A stretch of DNA of 64,000 bases from Cyanophora paradoxa CCMP329 (taxonomy: Eukaryota; Plantae; Glaucophyta). The translations under genes and the position numbers were made by a program. Positions 58,439 to 64,000 of this stretch are shown here, in pieces; the first letter of the stretch is position 1, and every line of letters starts with the position of its first letter. The notes under the pieces are model-generated. The model was not told the origin of the DNA. It searched no databases and worked only from the letters and a program-made list of their open reading frames with translations. The stretch is taken from NCBI GenBank assembly GCA_004431415.1, contig QPMI01000370.1, positions 1-64,000 of the forward strand, written 5' to 3'.

Positions 58439-60089
58439 ATGGGTGCTCATGAATCGCACAGCCACGGTCATGATCACCGCGGCGAGGAACCCGCAGCCGG
58501 CAGCAGGCCGGGGACCAGTAGCCGCGAGCGCGATCCCAGCGCGCAGGGCCACCACAGCCATCACGGATTTCACCTTCACCTCCCATTGCACCTTCACAGG
58601 AAGCACGAGTGTGACGGGCACGAGGCACATTCGCACCCCGAGCGCGTCAGCCCCGAAGCCAGTGCTAGTGCGGAGAAGCTCGGGACTTCTCCACCTGGTC
58701 ATCACGCTACGCGCGTGAGTCCAGCAGGGGGTCAGCATGCGGAGCGCGCGACCCCCGAGCACCACAACTGCAGCGGCCACGACAAGCGGCCGCCCTCGAG
58801 CTTAAAACGCGTCGCTCCCGTTGAGGTGCGATCTGGGAAGCGCGGGGAGGCAGCGGCGAGTGTGCTCGTGAATCTCGCTCACTGCTGTCGCAGGTTCCTA
58901 TCGAGAATCAGCTGGAGCTTAGCCCCGAGCTCCTGAGGGACGCTTATGAGCTGCAGCGCACGCCGGCGTTTAAAGAGAAGCGCGAGAGGCGAGGCAGCGT
59001 GAACTGCCGTCCTGTGAGTGCCACCGGCTGCAGCGCGTGGCGCGCTATGATTATGGATGGCAGGGGGACGTGATCAGGGTGAGGATCAAGGAGGCGCGCT
59101 TCCCGCACGCGGCCGACACGCACATCGTTGTGAAGGCGCGCCGTTGCGGTGCGGACGCCGGCGCCGGCGCTCACTGCCCGGCCGCAGTGGAATCACAAGG
59201 AGGTGGCGCGGACGCCCTCGGTGCTGAGCAGCTCGCACCCCGTCTTCAACTTCCCCTTCTCCATCCGCCTTGCCGACGTGCGCGCCGACCCCCGCCACGC
59301 CGCGAGGCGCGGGGGCTGAGGGCGGGACGACAGGGGGACTGCGGGCTGAGCTTCGAGGCGGTGCGCGAGCGCCTCTTCCGGGACAGCGTCGTCGGGGCCG
59401 TCGACGTGCCTCTGAGGTGCCGCCCCCGCCTCCTCCCCGCCCCGCGCGCGCCGGTGGCCGAGCGCCCGCCGCAGCGCGGTCATGCCGGGCGACTCGGAGG
59501 AGTTCTGGTTCCGCATCCGCTGCGCCAACCACACACACAGCGTCCAGGTGCGCGCGCCGCTGAGCGGCGGAAGAGGGGGCGGGACCCTGGGGAGGGGCGA
59601 CAAGGCGGCAGGGCGCGCTGCTCCTGCACGTGGAGCACTACCGGGAGCGTTACCGCCTGAAGGAGAGCGCGAGGCGCCCCGGCGGCGTGCACGGCAAGCT
59701 CAGGAACGCGCCGCCGCCCGAGCCGCCGCGGGAGCCGGCCCCCGTGCGCCCGCCCCTCGCCCCGGGTCGCGACGGTTGCGGGGCTGAAGCCGGGGGCGCA
59801 GTGCGAGGACTGCACCACGGCGACGGCGAGGCGGGCTCACGGCGGGGCGGCGGGGCGGGCGGTCGGCGACTGCTGCGGGCCTCTCGCCGGAAACCACTCG
59901 GTCCGCTCCTCCGAGTCGAGGGAGAGCGCCCCGTCGAGCGGCTCGCACCTCGTGTCGCCGCCCCGACACACGCCCGACGGGAGGCCCCCGCGCCCGGCCC
60001 CGGCCCCGGCTCCCTCCACGCGCCCCGACCTCTCCGTCATCCGGTTGAAGCACCCTCCGCCGCTCGAGCCCCCAGAAGTCCCGGCATGA
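58439..60089 (+). CDS. His-rich N-terminus plus C2-domain protein
   Basis: Spliced IRVRIKEARF..HIVVKWNHKEVART..HPVFNFPF..DSVVGAVDVPL..EEFWF..GALLLHVEH; end coordinate uncertain. Confidence 0.65.
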
Positions 60090-60449
60090 CACGTTTGTAC
60101 TTTACGCTCGCCGCGTTTCTCGCCGCTCGCTTGATCGGATTTTTCAAGCACATCTTCTCAAGAGTACGTAGCTGTATTAGTAGTATCGCCGGCTTGTATG
60201 ATGTTTCTCGGGAGATACTACAGCCAGTGTCGAGGTCTCATTTTGAATTCGCTCTTTCAAGAAGTCTCTACGGAAAGACTCGGCTTTGCTTACAGCCGAT
60301 GACATTGTCGTGCTTGCAGCACGCCTCCCCAGTGCACTCCGAAGCCGGCGCATGCACGACGCGCGCCTCGATGCCGGCGGGCCCTCGGGAGGCTCGCCCA
60401 GTCGATATGTACAGAAAGGGCGGGGCGATGGCCAGGGGCGCGGGGCGGG

Positions 60450-61848
<1,399 letters not shown>

Positions 61849-62098
61849 CGTGGACCTGCTCTTGCTGAATGACCCGGCTCACAACTACGTGCCGCCGAAC
61901 GCCGGGCACACGATGACCGCGCCGATGACCGAGCGGGGGCTGCACGAGTGGAGAGCATGAGCATACGCGCGGCCAGTGCGCAAGCAAGCGCCCGCGGCGG
62001 AGGCCTGGGGCTCACCAGTGAGAAGACGGGTCCAACAAGGCGCCTGTACCCGCCGCGGGCTCGCCCCCGCCTACCTTCTCGCTCCAAACAAGCAGCGC

Positions 62099-62778
62099 AT
62101 GGACCTAGTGGAGTCGAAAAATGAGGAGGCGGCGCTGCCGAAGGGTGAGTGCGCGTCAGCCCTCGCGTGCGCAAGCTAACTTGCTTCCAGCGACGGTGGC
62201 CAAGATCATAAAGGAGCTGCTGCCCGAGGACATGCGATGCTCAAACGAGACGCGAGATCTCGTACTCGAGTGCTGCACCGGTGCTCGCGCTTCCCGCGGG
62301 TCCCCGCCAGCCGTCCCCGCCTCACGCTCGCACAGAGTTCATCCACATGATCTCCTCCGAGGCACAGGAAGTCTGTCAGAAGGAGAACAAGAAGACAATG
62401 GCCCCGGAGCATGTGATCAAGGCTCTGAAGGCGCGTTGCGGCTACGGAAGTCCGCTGCTGGCTCCTGACCCGCCTCGCGCTCGCTCCTCGCAGGCCCTGG
62501 GCTTCGAGGACTATGTGCCAGAGATCGAGCAGGTGTTGGACAAGCACAAGACGGAGCAGGAGGTGCCTGCCTGCCCGCGGTTGCTCGCCGCCGCCGGGAC
62601 CGACGGGGGCGCGCGGGCGCAGAGCAAGCCGAAGATGATGAAGCGGCTGGCGGACACGGGCCTCTCGGAGGAGGAGCTCAAGCGGCAACAGGAAGCGCTC
62701 TTTGCGAGGGCGCGCTCCAACTTCGAGGCCTCGCACGGCCAGCCCAGCGCCGACCCCTCGCAGAGCGGCGGCGGGTGA
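62099..62778 (+). CDS. DR1: Negative cofactor 2 beta / Dr1 (histone fold)
   Basis: LPKATVAKIIKELLP..RDLVLECCTEFIHMISSEA..KKTMAPEHVIKAL..LGF; GLSEEELKRQQEALF. Confidence 0.95.
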
Positions 62779-62900
62779 AAGCCAGACACCGCCAACAGGC
62801 CACGTATTTAACCAGGCAGCTTGTGTAGGTTGTAGGGCTAGTTTCAGTAAGACCGCGTCTAAACTAGGATAGAAGGCTCGCGCCAGTGGCCGGGGGGCCG

Positions 62901-64000
62901 TCAGAGAGGGGCGGCGGGGGAGAACTGCTTGTACTCGAAGTGGGCGTCCGGAGCTCCGGGCCTGAGGCCCCGCGTCGCCGAAGGCGCCGGGTGCGGCGGC
63001 GCGGGCGGGCCGTCGCTCGTCCGCGCGCCGTGGGGCTCGCGATCGGCCAGGGAAGCGGGCCGCCCCGGCCCTGGGCGCCCCCAAACCCCCGGAGCCGTCA
63101 GAGAAAGGCAAGGGCTGCTGAGGTGAGGAGGCGGAGCTGCGGGGGCGCACCGCCGGCCGGGGAGTGGTGCGGGTGGCGGCGCTCGGGGTGCGTAAGGTGC
63201 AGCGCGGCCGGTTCGCTCGCGGCATCTGCGGAGCGTGGGGGAGGGCGGGGGGGGGGGGGGGGGGGGGGGAGGGGGGCGGGGAAGGGGGGGGGGGGGGGCG
63301 AGGCGGGGCGGGGGACGCACGCGGGGGGGCGCAGGGGCGTCGGAGCGGGGCGCCTCGTCGGGCCCGGGGCCCCGCTGCGCTCCGCGAGGAGCTCCTCCCG
63401 CGAGGCCGCCTTCGCCAGCTGCCCGGCCCCGCCCTCCCTGCTCCCCCGCGCGTCACACTTCCCCGCGGGCGGGCGGGCGGGGCGGGCGCGCCCGTGGCGG
63501 GGCCGACGGAGTGGTGGGCGACGGCGGCGGGGAGCTCGACGCCGACGATGCCTCGGCGATGGCCCCGCCGGCGCGCCGGTCGAGGCACGCGACGATGCCG
63601 GCCCCGTACACGTCCCCCATCACGTTCACGCACGTCCTGCACCGGTCCAGCAGCCTGCCCCGCGCCCCGCGGCGTCGCGCGGCGCGGGGCGCGGCGGGGC
63701 GGGCGGGGCGGGCGCCAGTCGATGGCGAGGATGTAGGCGACGCGGTCGAAGTGGCCGGCGAGCTGGATGGCGTTCAGCACGATCAGGATCGTCACCGGGC
63801 CCGCGTTCGGGATCGGCGCTGCGCCCCCGGCCCGCCCCGCGTCGTCGGCCGCGCCCCGCGCGGGAGGAGCACGGCGGCGGGGTGCACCGGCGCCCACTGC
63901 GGTGAGGACGGAGACGAGGATGATGACGACGAGGTGGGCGGGGGAGAGCTGTACGCCGGCGGCCTGCGCGACGAAGACGCCGACTGCGGGGCGTCAGGGA
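62901..64000 (-). CDS. Dicarboxylate/amino acid:cation symporter (SLC1/DAACS), 3' part; runs off the window
   Basis: [44 protein letters not shown]. Confidence 0.9.

Overview
Eukaryotic nuclear DNA: very GC-rich and gene-dense, with many short introns (about 50-90 nt), a large share of which use GC donors. Most ORFs in the supplied track are therefore exon fragments or GC-shadow ORFs. A nuclear CpcS/U/V-type phycobiliprotein lyase and a cyanobacterial-type GNAT, both with Phe-containing transit-peptide-like leaders, point to a phycobilisome-bearing alga (glaucophyte, Cyanophora-like; this is inference). Recognisable genes: a TmcB/TmcC-like multi-pass protein, a giant Cys-rich membrane protein with a recent 1296-bp exon-plus-intron triplication, the lyase, DNAJC2/zuotin, MED21, GNAT, DPM2, ISN1, a sphingomyelinase-like EEP enzyme, CTL/SLC44, eIF2-beta, a BAR protein, a C2 protein, RPN11, NC2-beta and an SLC1/DAACS transporter. 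The standout is a young ~5-kb tyrosine-recombinase (DIRS-order) retrotransposon, inserted antisense into a 69-nt intron through a GAA crossover. Its layout is A-gag-B|A-pol(RT/RH/MT)-YR-B, so the hairpin-forming B|A junction lies between gag and pol and divides the element into two identically bounded modules. Its gag starts with a signal-peptide-like segment, and pol and YR each appear to begin at a splice acceptor of the same phase. Exon boundaries were read by eye; no searches were run.
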